Shown piece after piece: positions 28,785-41,927 of a stretch of DNA of 64,000 nt. Location of the stretch: NCBI GenBank assembly GCA_951406725.2, contig OX597817.1, positions 55,118,001 to 55,182,000 on the forward strand, given 5' to 3'. Source of the DNA: Octopus vulgaris. Lineage: Eukaryota. Position numbers and translations under genes: made by a program. Numbering within the stretch: position 1 is the stretch's first letter; every line of letters begins with the position of its first letter. The notes beneath the pieces were generated by a model. It was not told the DNA's origin. It worked only from the letters and a program-made list of their open reading frames with translations, and did no database searches.

Positions 28785-29235
28785 CTGTTGGTGATGATAT
28801 TGATGACATGCATTCCGACAACAAATTCGGTATTGTTAATTATAAGAAATATCATAATGCCGTTCACGTCGATGATGGCAGTTGATATCGCCGATAAAAA
28901 CGGCGTTTGTAATGATGATAATAAAACCGATAACGATGGGCAAAGAGGGACAGGCAAATTTCTATCTCGGCGGGGTTTCAACTTTGCGAACAGTTTTACA
29001 GGAATAAATAGTCTCATATTGACTTTTGTGAAAGTGACCTTTTTTTGTTACTTTTAGCTCTACTAATAATTGAAATTATGCGCGCAGAGGTTTCACAGAT
29101 GGGTTTGGCGGGGCCGTGGGTGGAGTCATGAATCCCTTCTGCGCATACGCTATCATTTTCCGAGTTTTGCTTATACGTGTGCTGAAATGCTCCTGGTTTG
29201 GGGTAAAGGAAGTATAGGAGGGTCAGCTAATTATC

Positions 29236-29560
29236 ATTTTATTCAATATATATTACCCCTCAGATTCGCACACATATTGCAGTGGTCCTTCAGTTTCTAA
29301 GCCCTGTAAAATAACTCGGAAGGTCATCAGGAGAAAATGCGTGCCGTTCCGATACACTTGCTGTCTTCTGGTATTCAGAACTTTCGACCAGTAGTTCCTG
29401 CGTGAGCAAGTTGTTTGCAAAAGCATCTGATTTTATTCAATATATTCCCCTCTTAGATTCACACACTTATTGCAGTGGTCCTTCAGTTTTTCCAAGCCCT
29501 GTAAAAGAACTCAGAGTGTTGGGATTCAAGCCAGGTAGGTTTTTTGCGAAACCCACGCTG
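29236..29560 (-). mobile_element. Two tandem mariner transposase C-terminal fragments
   Basis: 29430-29560 minus reads SSFTGLGKLKDHCNKCVNLRGEYIE* (allowing one frameshift), like the mariner C-terminus (..GI.KL..RW.KC....G.Y.E*); 29236-29325 is a second copy. Confidence 0.65.
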
Positions 29561-29782
29561 TAATTACGTCGGCCAATTGTCGTTAAATGTACGACGGGTC
29601 GAACATGAATCCAATCCTATATTTAAGAGATGAAGAATTATGTTACATTATTTATATTTGTCCTCGTCTTGGTCTTGTTAACACAACGTTTCGGCTGATA
29701 TACCCTCCAGGCATCAGCAAGGTGTTTTGAGGGAAATTTCGAACCTGCGTTCTCATTCCTAAGGTATTTTTCGATGTTACTC

Positions 29783-29850
<68 letters not shown>

Positions 29851-29853
<3 letters not shown>

Positions 29854-32300
29854 TAGTTTTATTTTTATAGCGTGCTTTCACTTCACTACCGAGCGCAGCT
29901 CTGTGTGCCTTGGGTATGTGCTGTGATTTGTTGTGATGCTCTGATGGTTATTGTATGGAAAGTGTTCTGCGTAATCCAAATTTCATATCTATTTCTTTGG
30001 TAAATCCATGAACTGTCTTTAATAGTGTTTCCAGCTGTTTGTCATTTGCAGCGTATAGTTTTAGGTCATCCATGTATAAAAGGTTGCTGATCGTTTTGCC
30101 GTAACATTTATATCCGCAAACAGTTCTATTTAGCATATCAGATAGAGGTGACAGTTCCAAGCAGAAAAGGAGTGGAGAGAGCGTGTCTCCCTGGAATATT
30201 CCTCTTCTAATGGGGATGGCTTTGGTTTTCATTAGTCCCTCTTTTGTTTGGAGCTGTAGCCATTTATTCATAGTGTCCTATGAATTTTATAATTGTTGGT
30301 GCTACTTTGTTAATGGCTAGTGTTTCGAGGATCCATGTGTGGGGGATGCTATCAAACGCCTTTTTGTAGTCGATCCAGGCCATACTGAGGCCTTTCTTCT
30401 TTCTGTGGCTGTCTTCAGTTATGGCTTTATTAATCATTAGTTGATCTTTACAGCCATATGAGCCTTTGCGGCATCCTTTCTGCTCTTCTGGAAACAGGTT
30501 GTTTTCGTCCAGGTGCTTGTTCAACCTTTGCGATATCACTGCAGTAAATGCCTTGTGCATTGTAGGGAGACGGGTTATTGGTCTGTAGTTTTCTGGTTTT
30601 GCTGTCTCATTTGATTTTGGAATTAAGATGGTTTTCCCCTTCGTGAGCCATTCAGGCATTGTCTCTGGCTCTGCTAGTATGTTGTTAAAGTTTTTAGCCA
30701 GCGTTTTGTGCATTCCTGTTAGATATTTCAACCAGAAGTTGGGGATCTTGTCATGCCCAGGTGGCTTCCAGTTGCTTAGTCTTTGCAGTGCCTGGGTGAC
30801 CTCTTCAGTTGTTATGGGAGTCCAAAGTTGCTCAGATGCTGAGTTTGTTGTTTTAATACTCCTTATTTTTGGTTGTTCGTTCGCCGACCATATTTCTCTC
30901 CAGAATTCTTCCACTTCTTCTGCCGTTGGTACTGCAGTGATTTCTATTTTATTTTTGCCAAGTTCTTGGTAGAACCTTTTGGGGTTGGAGTTGAATTTTT
31001 GTTTTGTTAAAAGAAGGACTGGCGTTTCTCGTACCGGCGGATCCTTTGTGCTTTGGCAAGGATATCTTGCTTTAGCTTTTCTTTTATCTCAGGTAAATCT
31101 TTCTCTGTGATGTATTTGCGGAGTATTTTTGTTTTCTTTTTGTTGCTCAGTAGCGTTGATTGTCTACTGATTTCATTAAGAATCGACAGATCTTTTCTCA
31201 TTTTTTGTATTTTGTTTTGGATGTTATTTATCCACAGGGTTTGTTTGGGTGGTGGTACTCCTGTTTGGATGGGTTTGAGTGAGTATCCAGCTTCTTTTGT
31301 GGCTGCAGTGGCTGCTGCGTATACTAAGTCATTTAGCTCAGTGATATCGCTTTTTGTTTCAGTGGCTATTAGTTCCGTGACGGCTAGGTTTATGCTGTTT
31401 ATAATTGGTGTTGTTGTTTCGTCTATTTTGATTTTTGGGAGGTATGGTCGGTGGTCCATTTTGAGATCTGTGGTTTTTAGTTCTTTGATTATTCTACTTT
31501 TTATATTATCATAATCATTAGGCTCCCCTTCGTTGTTTCCAGGTTTTAGATTTGTGTCGCTTTCGTTCTCATTTGTATGTTCGTTTGTCGTGTTTTGGCT
31601 TGCTGTTTGTCATGTATTATTATGCATCCCTACGGTCTGGGTTTGTCGTTTTTTGCTTACATCGTGTTTGTTGGGAATGTTACGTTTGTCTTCGTGTTTT
31701 ACTGTTTCAGTGTTTATATTGTTGGGCATTGTTGTGTGGCTTCTATCTACATTTTCCTGATGTATTTTTTTCTTTTAGATGTTCTATTTCTATTTCAGAT
31801 ATATTTTTTTTGCGTTGAGAATGTATCTTCGTACGTTAGCTATTTTATTAGGGTTCATTGCTGTGTCCAAGTCTATATTTATGTTATTTTCCTTCCATAT
31901 TTTATATGTATGTGTTGTTGTGTTTTCATTTTTTGGGTAGAGCACTGCTGTGAAGTAAGCGTGTAGGATAGAAATGTATTCCTCACGTGTCCATTTATGT
32001 CTTTTGGGTTTTATTTGCGGGACATGAGGAACAACGTCCGACCCATTATTTTGACGGTCGTCATTTTCGTAGGGTACCGATCTGTTCCTTTCTGTTGTCA
32101 CATTGTTTTGCACGTGTAGTTTTTCGTACATTTTGTGTAGAAAGTTTAAAGTACGTACTTCCCGATTGTTATTCTTGGGTTGAATAATATCGGTGTTATT
32201 TAATTTCTCCGTAGTTTTTTGTACATGGTGTTTGGGTCGGGGATGGTCTGGTGTTGATGGATGGTAATGTTCCACGCATGTTTACATGTGTTGTGTTAGA
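29851..32300 (-). mobile_element. R4/Dong-like RLE-clade non-LTR retrotransposon, near full length at the 5' side, frameshifted and internally deleted
   Basis: Consecutive ORF pieces: 31790..32275 (KWTREEYISILHAYF N-terminal motif), 31007..31459, 30264..30914 (WKPPGHDKIPNFWLK, NYRPIT, EEQKGC, AWIDYKKAFDSIPH), 29948..30271 (GIFQGDTLSPLLF, LLYMDDLKL); conserved 3' UTR abutting (TTA)n. 5' boundary uncertain. Confidence 0.93.
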
Positions 32301-32641
32301 GGTGGAGATGATATCGAGTTAAAATACATCATTTCGTTTCGAAAATAGTAATAAATATCAATGAGTATTACTTACTCGGATATAGTCCAATCCTTTGTTA
32401 GTAAATTTTTGGCTCCATACGATGTCTTTGTTTCGATGTTTGTGGATAGATTTCGGAGCTCTGTTTTATTGTTCTCACATCTTAAACGTCCCCGGTGTTC
32501 ACCAGTGCCATAACCATTTTTGTCTCCACCCTGACTACCGCTACTTGTACAACGTTCATTTCCCAATATCACTACCTTAGCCACAGTTCGAACTCCTCTG
32601 CAATAACACCTCCACTACCACCGGTACTTCCCTGACCACTG

Positions 32642-32707
<66 letters not shown>

Positions 32708-32724
32708 TCCGCTCTAAGCAGTGA

Positions 32725-32810
<86 letters not shown>

Positions 32811-32850
32811 TGAAGACAAATATCCGTCAAATGTTATACTAGAAATACAC

Positions 32851-33092
32851 TTGCTAGGGGAAACTGAGCAGAGAATCTGCATCAAAGTTTGCCAGAAGCT
32901 TGGCGATACCTGCTCAGAGGCCTATGCAAAGTTTTCTAAAAGCTTTCATCGGTCTCGACACAATCAAAGAGATCTTCTGCAACTGAAACCCGAGTGTCTT
33001 TTTTTATCAACTGAAAGCAGTTTTGGCACAAACTTGGCAGACACGTTTTAGCTTCGTGACTATCGCAACAGTCCGGATACTTATTGATCAGA
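32851..33092. mobile_element. Internally inverted mariner relic with one TIR-like end
   Basis: Plus: EQRICIKVCQKLGDTCSEAY (mariner HTH). Minus 33046-32940: VSAKFVPKLLSVD-KKDTRVSVAEDLFD (mariner WVPxxL linker region). Ends TCCGGATACTTATTGATCAGAC. Confidence 0.75.
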
Positions 33093-33243
33093 CATTTATA
33101 TGATGCATTTGTTTATACGTTGACTTGTATTTCATTCCTTTTCTCGCATTTGAATTTATGTAAACTTTCACATTTCATTACTAGTATCCATTGATAATAT
33201 TTTGTAAATATAAATATCTATATAATAATATATCTTATAATTA

Positions 33244-33372
33244 AGGCAGCGAGCTGGCAGAATCTGTAGTGCGCCGGACAAAATGCTTTCGATAAAATAA
33301 GTACCAGTCGAAAATTGGGGTCGATGTAGCCTTCCCCAAAACTGTTAGCCCTGTGCCAAAATTTGAAACCAA
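33244..33372 (+). mobile_element. Internally deleted SINE family C
   Basis: GGCAGCGAGCTGGCAGAATC...TCGATAAAATAAGTACCAG...GGGGTCGATG. Confidence 0.6.
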
Positions 33373-33898
33373 TATAAGGCCAATTCTTCAGTAGAAATCA
33401 CTTCTAAATTTACCTTTTATTGCATTGGGTTGTATTTTATCAATTTATCTCCTCATCGATGGGTGATTCTGGTCCACGACGAATAAGCGAGAAGGTTATA
33501 TTTATGGTTGTGGTGGTGCTAGCGTTTATAGCGATGCGGGTATTGGAAATGAAGGCTAAAGTTGTGGCTTTGTTGGTGGTCTAAGAAGTACCGGTGGTAG
33601 TGGAGGTGTTATTTTGCAGGGAAGGTAGTGGCTAAGGTAGTGATATTGGGAAATGAACGTTGTACAAGTAGCGGTAAATCAGGGTGGAGACAAAAATGGT
33701 TATGGCACTGGTGATGGTAATGGTGGTGCTTTCACGGCTGTAGTAGTGGCGGTGGTGGTAGTGGTGATGGGCGGTGTTGTATTTATGGTGTTGGCGCTAG
33801 TAGCGATCGCGATGGTCATTGATACTTCTGATGGCCGTGATAGTTACTTTAGTGGTGTTTGTGGTTGTGGTGTTGGCGGCATGGCTCCAATAACATCT

Positions 33899-33959
<61 letters not shown>

Positions 33960-34159
33960 CGGTAGTCGTGCTTGCTACGATAAAATTAGTGCTGTTCTTA
34001 TTAATTCCGCCAGTTCCCAAATAATTTTATATTCATTATTCCGACATTTTGACAAATTGTTTCATTAGCATAGAAATAGGATTTATTTCTCTTGCCGCTA
34101 ACCACATGGTACCACGGCGACTAAACACACTGCTGCTACCACAACACACACACACACAT

Positions 34160-34195
<36 letters not shown>

Positions 34196-34311
34196 GACAC
34201 ACACACACAAACACATTCACTGTTTCTACTCCTCTAACCTCATGGTACCACTCCAACATATACTTCTAATACATCTGTTTAACATAACTACAAATTTAGT
34301 TCACACTTCAG

Positions 34312-34412
<101 letters not shown>

Positions 34413-34420
34413 ACCACTAT

Positions 34421-34485
<65 letters not shown>

Positions 34486-34679
34486 TCACCAATGCTACAA
34501 ACACTATAACGTTATCCCTGCTGCTGCTGTTGTAATTTCACTCCAGGTCAGTTTTGAACCTATGCTCTTCTACGATACGTTACATAAATATCCATCTCGT
34601 CTTTTGTCTATCTTGGACTCCATCGTCCAATGTGTCCCTACGTTTTTCAAACGCTGGTGTTAAGGGACATGAGGAAGAG

Positions 34680-35205
34680 TTCAGTTGAGCCGAGGTTGAC
34701 TTTGCCTTTCATCTTTTCGGAGTCGATTAAATAAGTACCACTTACGCACTGGGATCGATATAATCGACTTAATCCGTTTGTCTGTCCTTGTTTGTCCCTT
34801 CTGTGTTTAGCCCCTTGTGGGCAGTAAATAAATAGGTATTTCGTCTGTCTTTACGTTCTGAGTTCAAATTCCGCCGAGGTCGACTTTGCTTTTCATCCTT
34901 TCGGGGAACGATAATTAAGTACCAGTTGCTCCTCCTCCTTAAGAAATTCGAGCCTTGTGCCGGGAGTAGAAAAGAATATTTCGTCATGTTAACGCGGTGA
35001 CCTGGCAGAAACGTTAGCACACCGATCGATGTGCTTAGCGGTATTTCGTCTGTTTTTCAGTTCTGAGTTCAAATTCCGCCGAGGTACACTTTGGATTTCA
35101 TCCTTTCGGGATCGATAAATTAAGTACTAGTTGCGCACCGAGGTTGATCTAATCGACTGGTCCTCTCCCCGAAATTTCAGGCCTTGTGCCTACAGTAGAA
35201 AATAA
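34680..35205 (+). mobile_element. Tandem cluster of SINE family C (three copies of the central core)
   Basis: GCCGAGG...TTTCATC(C/T)TTTCGG...GAT...AAGTAC(C/T)A at about 34689, 34873 and 35078; tRNA-like head CTGGCAGAAACGTTAGCAC...GAGTTCAAATTCC. Confidence 0.8.
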
Positions 35206-35327
35206 TATTAAGAAGATTTGACTGGTATTTCTGGTGGTGGGGTCGGACATCTACATGCACGTTCCATCGTGAGCTTGTTTCGTTATTTATATGCTAATGT
35301 TTTTGTTGTTGTTGTTGTTGTTGTTGT

Positions 35328-35600
35328 TGAAACTGAAAGAAGCCCTTCATGTATATGCATATATCTTTGTGTATGTGTGTGTCTTTGTGCCTATATTTGT
35401 CTCTCACAGCCGCTTAAAAACTGATGTAGGTGAGCATACGTTCCCGTGACCTAGCGGGTCGGCAAAAGAGAACGATAGAATAAGCACCTCGCTTAAAAAA
35501 ACAAAGCACTGGGGTCGGAGGTTGAAGCATTCAACACAAAACATTCTTCAAATCGATGCCCCAGCATGGCCGCAGTCTAACTGAAACAAATAAAAAAATA
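35328..35600 (+). mobile_element. SINE family B, 3' part
   Basis: GAAACTGAAAGAAGCCC...GGCAAAAGAGAACGATAGAATAAG...GCCCCAGCATGGCCGCAGTC. Confidence 0.7.
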
Positions 35601-35727
35601 AAAGACGACGTTAGTAGTGATAGGGTTGGATATAGTTGTTGTTGTTGTTGGGGATGGCGGGGGTGATTGAGGGAACTTGTTTTGCTATTGCAGATAGTAA
35701 ACGAGACTGTGGTCGGTACTATTATTT

Positions 35728-36329
35728 TTGTTGTTGTTGATGGGCGATGGTGGTTATGGTGAAGGTGGTGGTGGTGGTGATGGTGGTGGTAGTGTTGTTC
35801 TTGGTGGTGGTGTTGGTGGTGGTGGTGGTGGTGGTGGTGGTGCTTGTGGTGATTGTGGTGATGGTGGTAGTGGTGGTGGCGGTAGTGATGGCGGTGGTGG
35901 TGGTGGTGGTGGTGGTGGTGTTCCTGATGGTGGTGGTTTTGGTGGTGGTGGTGGTGGTATTGCTAGTGATGCTGGTGGTGGTGGTGGTTGTGCTACTGCT
36001 GATGATGATGATGTGGCTGCGGTGCTTGTGGTAGTGGTGGTGATGGTAGTGGTGGTGGTGGTGGTAGTGATTTAGGGATTGGTGGGTGATGATATGGTGT
36101 GGTGCGTGTTGTTATTCCTGTCCTAGTTTAGCTGATGGGTGGGGGAATTGTTGGCGTTGGTGATGTTGGTATTGTTAAAATAACTTTAACAAGATAACTT
36201 TGTTGTTGTTGTTGTAACTGTTATGGTCGTTGTTTATCGAATGATGTTAATGCAGAATGCAAACAACCTGGGGGCAATGTTTTGCCATAAAAAAACAACA
36301 AAAGAACATAAAACAATGAAGATGATGAC

Positions 36330-36398
<69 letters not shown>

Positions 36399-36666
36399 AA
36401 TGATGATGATGGCGTTGGTGATGATGATGATGGCGGCAGCGGTGGTAGTGCTGGTGGTAGTGGGAGTGGTGATTGTTGTAGTGGTGGTGCTGATGCTGGT
36501 GGTGATGATGGAGCGGCTGTGGGTGATGGCGGTGACCATGATGCTAGCAACGACGACGAAGACGAACACGACAACGACGTTCACGACGATGACGACGGCG
36601 GCGGTGTTGGTGGTGGTGATGATGATGATAGTGACGATGATGTGAATGATGATGAGAATGATGAGA

Positions 36667-36707
<41 letters not shown>

Positions 36708-36739
36708 AATGACGATGCTGATGCTGATGATGATGATGC

Positions 36740-36792
<53 letters not shown>

Positions 36793-36795
36793 GTG
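35728..36795. repeat. (GGT)n/(GAT)n degenerate trinucleotide region
   Basis: Direct reading. Confidence 0.9.
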
Positions 36796-37025
36796 AACTA
36801 CCACGAAGGAGCAAAACGTGAAGAATGTTAACAAAATCACAAACATAACAACAGCAACCTCAAGAACTACAAATCTAACAACATAGGTCGCAACAGCATA
36901 AAACGTGAGGAAAGAAACCCTGGTACATACAGCACCTGCAGCAGCAGCGCCAACTGAGGCCAACAATAACCACAACAGTCCTAACAAGAGCAAAGAAAAT
37001 AAACCCAATAAAAGCAAGAAAATAA

Positions 37026-37100
<75 letters not shown>

Positions 37101-37103
<3 letters not shown>

Positions 37104-37439
37104 CGTATTTTTGCCATTTCAATATGGCTAACCCCTAAGGGTGGATGCTACTGTAGTTTTTAGCCCCAGGAGGACACACTCCTCCAGCTGGCCATAGACA
37201 CACTATCTGTGTCCTGTCAGTATTTGCAAAGGGAAGTCATCCTTCCCGTCTTCAACTTATGATACACACGGACTCGAGTTTCGAGGCATTGACCTCTCGT
37301 CAGCGTGTGACAGGATAGTGTGACAGGACACAGATAGTGTGTCTATGGCCAGCTGAAGGAGTGTGTCCTCCTGGGGCTAAAAACTACAGTAGCATCCACC
37401 CTTAGGGGTTAGCCATATTGAAATGGCAAAAATACGTCA
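37101..37439 (-). mobile_element. Fold-back element: 119-bp inverted arms around a 101-bp loop containing a hammerhead ribozyme; Penelope-pLTR-like
   Basis: 37101-37219 is the reverse complement of 37321-37439 with one mismatch; the left end abuts (TAA)n at 37021-37100. Confidence 0.88.
37265..37309 (-). ncRNA. Type I minimal hammerhead ribozyme (canonical core)
   Basis: Minus strand: CACACG CTGACGA GAGG TCAATG CCTC GAAA C TCGA G TC CGTGTG; perfect 6-bp stem I, 4-bp stem II, palindromic stem III, GUC triplet; predicted cut between 37271 and 37270. Confidence 0.92.
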
Positions 37440-37595
37440 CGATGTGTTACCGCTACTGTATATAACTCACTTTGATATTTATCATTGTTTGATTTCACTT
37501 TTTCATTATCAGCGACAGTGGACGCTGGAAAAAATATAAGTATTTGTGAAGGAAATCTAATTCTCGGCGACAATAATACCACCTAATAAATATGA

Positions 37596-38550
37596 AGAAG
37601 AAGAAGAAGAAAATGAAGAAACAACAAAAGCTATAAAACAAATGAAATCCAAACTAAAAACAGAACAGCAACGAACCATGATAAAACTATGGCAAGAAAA
37701 GCCCCTTCATGGTAAATACTGGACTAAACTAAACGCAAAAGAAATAGACAAAGAAAAATCCCAGCAATGGTTGAAAAGCTCAGGACTCAAAGCAGAGACA
37801 GGGGGATTTTTAATTGCAGCACAAGACGAAAGCCTCCCCACTAGAAATTTCCCAAAAACATGTAATGAAAAGAAATATAACAAGTAACTGCAGAATATGT
37901 GGAGATGGACAAGAAACAATAAATCATATTATCTCTGGCTGCCCACTCCTAGCTAAGAAGGAATATATTCACAGACATGACAAAGTTGGAACCTACATAC
38001 ATTGGAAGCTATGCCAAGATTATGGAATAACAACAGAAAAAAGATGGTATAGGCACACACCAGAAAAGGTAAGAGAAAACGAAAAAGCAAACCATACTCT
38101 GGGATATGCCGATACACACAGATAGAGAAATTAAGGCCAACAGACCAGATATAGTTGTCAGAGATCATGAAGAAAAAAAATGCTTTCTAATTGATGTATC
38201 AATACCGGAAGATGACAACGTGTCTCTAAAAGAAATGGAGAAACTTTCAAAATACAAAGACCTGGAAATAGAGGTAAACAGAATGTGGAATCTAAAAACA
38301 GAAACAATTCCTATCATAGTAGGTGCATTAGGCATGATAAAAAAATATTCAAATACATAACAAAAACACCAGGACTTACAAACACATATAACATACAGAA
38401 AATTGCACTACTAGGCACTGCACACATCCTACGCAGAATACTTTCCATACAATAACCATCAGAGAATCACAACAAATCACAGCACATACCTAAGGCACAC
38501 AGAGCTGCGCTCGGTAGTGAAGTGAAAGCACGCTATAAAAATAAAACTAC
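37596..38550 (+). mobile_element. 5'-truncated R4/Dong-like retrotransposon (subfamily 1): linker, CCHC zinc knuckle, RLE endonuclease, 3' UTR
   Basis: WQEKPLHGKY, ETGGFLIAAQD, CRICGDGQETINHIISGC, HRHDKV, RPDIVVRDHEEKKCFLIDVSIP...EKLSKY; frameshifted; 3' UTR followed by (TAA)n. Confidence 0.93.
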
Positions 38551-39536
<986 letters not shown>

Positions 39537-39986
39537 TGTTGAGAAGCTCAGGACTCAAAGCAGAAACATAGGGATTTTTAATTGCAGCACAAGACCAAAG
39601 CCTCCCCACCAGAAATTACCAAAAACATGTAATGAAAAGAAATATTACAAGTAACTGCAGAATATGTGGAGATGGTCAAGAAACAATAAATCATATTATC
39701 TCTAGCTGCCCATTCCTGGCTAAGAAGGAATATATTCACAGACATGACAGAGTTGAAACCTACATACATTGGAAGCTATGCCAACATTATGGAATAACAA
39801 CAGAAAAAAGACTTACAAACACATATAACATACAGAAAATTGCACTACTAGGCACTGCACACATCCTACGCAGAACACTTTCCATACAATAACCATCAGA
39901 GCATCACAACAAATCACAGCACATACCCAAGGCACACAGAGCTGCGCTCGGTAGTGAAGTGAAAGCACGCTATAAAAATAAAACTA

Positions 39987-39989
<3 letters not shown>
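39537..39989 (+). mobile_element. 5'-truncated, internally deleted R4/Dong-like copy (subfamily 1)
   Basis: ORF 39632..39892 CRICGDGQETINHIISSC...YGITTEKR|LTNTYNIQKIALLGTAHILRRTLSIQ; same 3' UTR; TAA repeats on both sides. Confidence 0.92.
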
Positions 39990-40036
<47 letters not shown>

Positions 40037-40043
40037 CAACACC

Positions 40044-40117
<74 letters not shown>

Positions 40118-40119
<2 letters not shown>

Positions 40120-40662
40120 GCCCTGATGCAGTACCAGGCAGTGGCTCTCATGGCTTCTGATCTTAACTGATTGGAAGTGTTATCATGTACATTGTTTTGT
40201 CTTGGTACTACAGCAAATATTCTGCTCAATACTACAGATTTGCTTGTCAGTTGTTTGACGTTAACCAGTTGAGCATGTCCCTTAGTGGCTAACAATATGT
40301 GCATCTCTGATCACGAGCGGAAGTAGTGGGGGAGCATCATAGCCATGTGTTGAGAGGGATTCTATGGAGTTTGAATAATTCACCTCTGGAAACATAGGTG
40401 TTTCATTCAACATCCTTAAACAACCCTTATTCAAGAACCTTTTGAGCGGGATGGGTTACTCGACCAGAAGAAAATTCTAACTGGGCCCCACCTGCAAGGT
40501 CATGCGCTGTTTATCTTCATATGAGATCACCATGTCGCGCACATATGGTTGTGATGCATGTGCCTGGTGTACCCTTATCAGACGGGTAGTCATGATGGGT
40601 ATACTGGGCTTCGTATATTTTACCCCAGTGTCACTTTGACGGCATGCACTGCTCTCTCACTC
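40118..40662. mobile_element. Unclassified ~545-bp non-coding insertion inside (TAA)n
   Basis: Higher-complexity, GC-richer block with sharp TAA boundaries on both sides; no ORF homology recognised. Confidence 0.5.
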
Positions 40663-40710
40663 AATAGTAATAATCATAATAATAATAATAATAATGATAA
40701 TAATAATAAT

Positions 40711-40782
<72 letters not shown>

Positions 40783-40784
<2 letters not shown>

Positions 40785-41190
40785 GCCTATGGGATTTTAT
40801 GATTCAGTGTCACCATGAGATAGAGAATAGAAAATCAGACATAATGTTGAGAAAGAAAGCAAACGATGCTTGATCATAGATATAGCATGCCCAGCTGACA
40901 ATAAGGTATGCGATAAGGAAGAAAAGTCGAGAGATATGACAGGTTAGCTTAGGGGGTAAAGCAGTTGTAATGGCTGAAAAGGGTGGTAGTAGTACCAATA
41001 AATGGTGGAACCCTGGTAAAGATGAGTAAAATTCTTGAGAATTACATGGAACAAATAGGTGCTGCAATAAGGGTGGAGGAGCACTTGGAGAAATCAACAC
41101 TGCTTGGAACCGCTCGAATACTCCAGATGGCGCTCGAAAAATAAGAGCTGTTACCTTAGTTCACTTCTAGTGAACAGCTGGCACCCAAAT
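40783..41190 (+). mobile_element. R4/Dong-like RLE domain fragment (subfamily 3, old)
   Basis: Manual translation LWDFMIQCHHEIENRKSDI...CLIIDIACPADNKVCDKEEK...VVVVPI...LLGTARIL; TAA repeats on both sides. Confidence 0.75.
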
Positions 41191-41192
41191 TC

Positions 41193-41228
<36 letters not shown>

Positions 41229-41229
41229 T

Positions 41230-41420
41230 AGCAAAAGCTATCTAACGTTAACCTTGACCAGCAGAATGTCATAAAAGAGTTAGACCCAGCTGGGAGCTAC
41301 AAGTACCTAGAGGTGATTGAATGGGACGGAGTAAGGCATTCAGTGATGAAGGAAATGATCAGGAGAGAATGTTATCGCAGAGTAAGAGCAATACTCAAGA
41401 CAGAGCTGAATGCTCAAGAT
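41230..41420 (+). mobile_element. R4/Dong-like post-RT fragment
   Basis: IKELDPAGSYKYLEVIE...MIRRECYRRVRAILKTELNA resembles the YKYLG..E...R.R.IL.T.LN region after the RT core. Confidence 0.7.
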
Positions 41421-41641
41421 CGCTCTACACTTTAGATTGATGTAATGATTGCATTGTTCAGTTAAATGGAGTTGCATGAAACGATCGTACTGCATCACCT
41501 CTGGATAGACTTGTTGGTTACTTTGATTTTAATCACCACTCTTTGAAATTGTATGGATAATACCGTACTAAATTCTGGTGCCTCAGCTTAAGTAACATAT
41601 TAATCTGAATCTAAATTTTTGCTATATGGGTGCGCGCGTGT

Positions 41642-41685
<44 letters not shown>

Positions 41686-41687
<2 letters not shown>

Positions 41688-41849
41688 AACGGGTTTCTTT
41701 GAGTTTCTGTCTAAGAAATATACTCACAAGACTTTATTCGGCCCAAGGCTACAGTAGAAGACGCTTGCCCAATATGTCACGCAGTGGGACTGAACTGGAA
41801 ACTATAGGATTGGGAAACAAGCTTCTTACCTCACTGCTACTCCTGCGCC

Positions 41850-41850
<1 letters not shown>
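41686..41850 (-). mobile_element. SINE family B, head half
   Basis: ACTCACAAG...AGTAGAAGACGCTTGCCCAA...GCAGTGGGACTGAAC...CTTCTTACC. Confidence 0.75.

Positions 41851-41920
<70 letters not shown>

Positions 41921-41927
<7 letters not shown>

Noticed and set aside
29683-29724. Hammerhead-like relic on the minus strand (CTGATG...GCCGAAACG)
   Set aside because: Core lacks the final A of CUGANGA, stem II is broken and there is no clear stem I; at best a decayed motif.
34680-35205. Repeated core with varying intervening sequence, superficially CRISPR-like
   Set aside because: Units are SINE cores, spacing is irregular, the context is eukaryotic and there are no cas genes.
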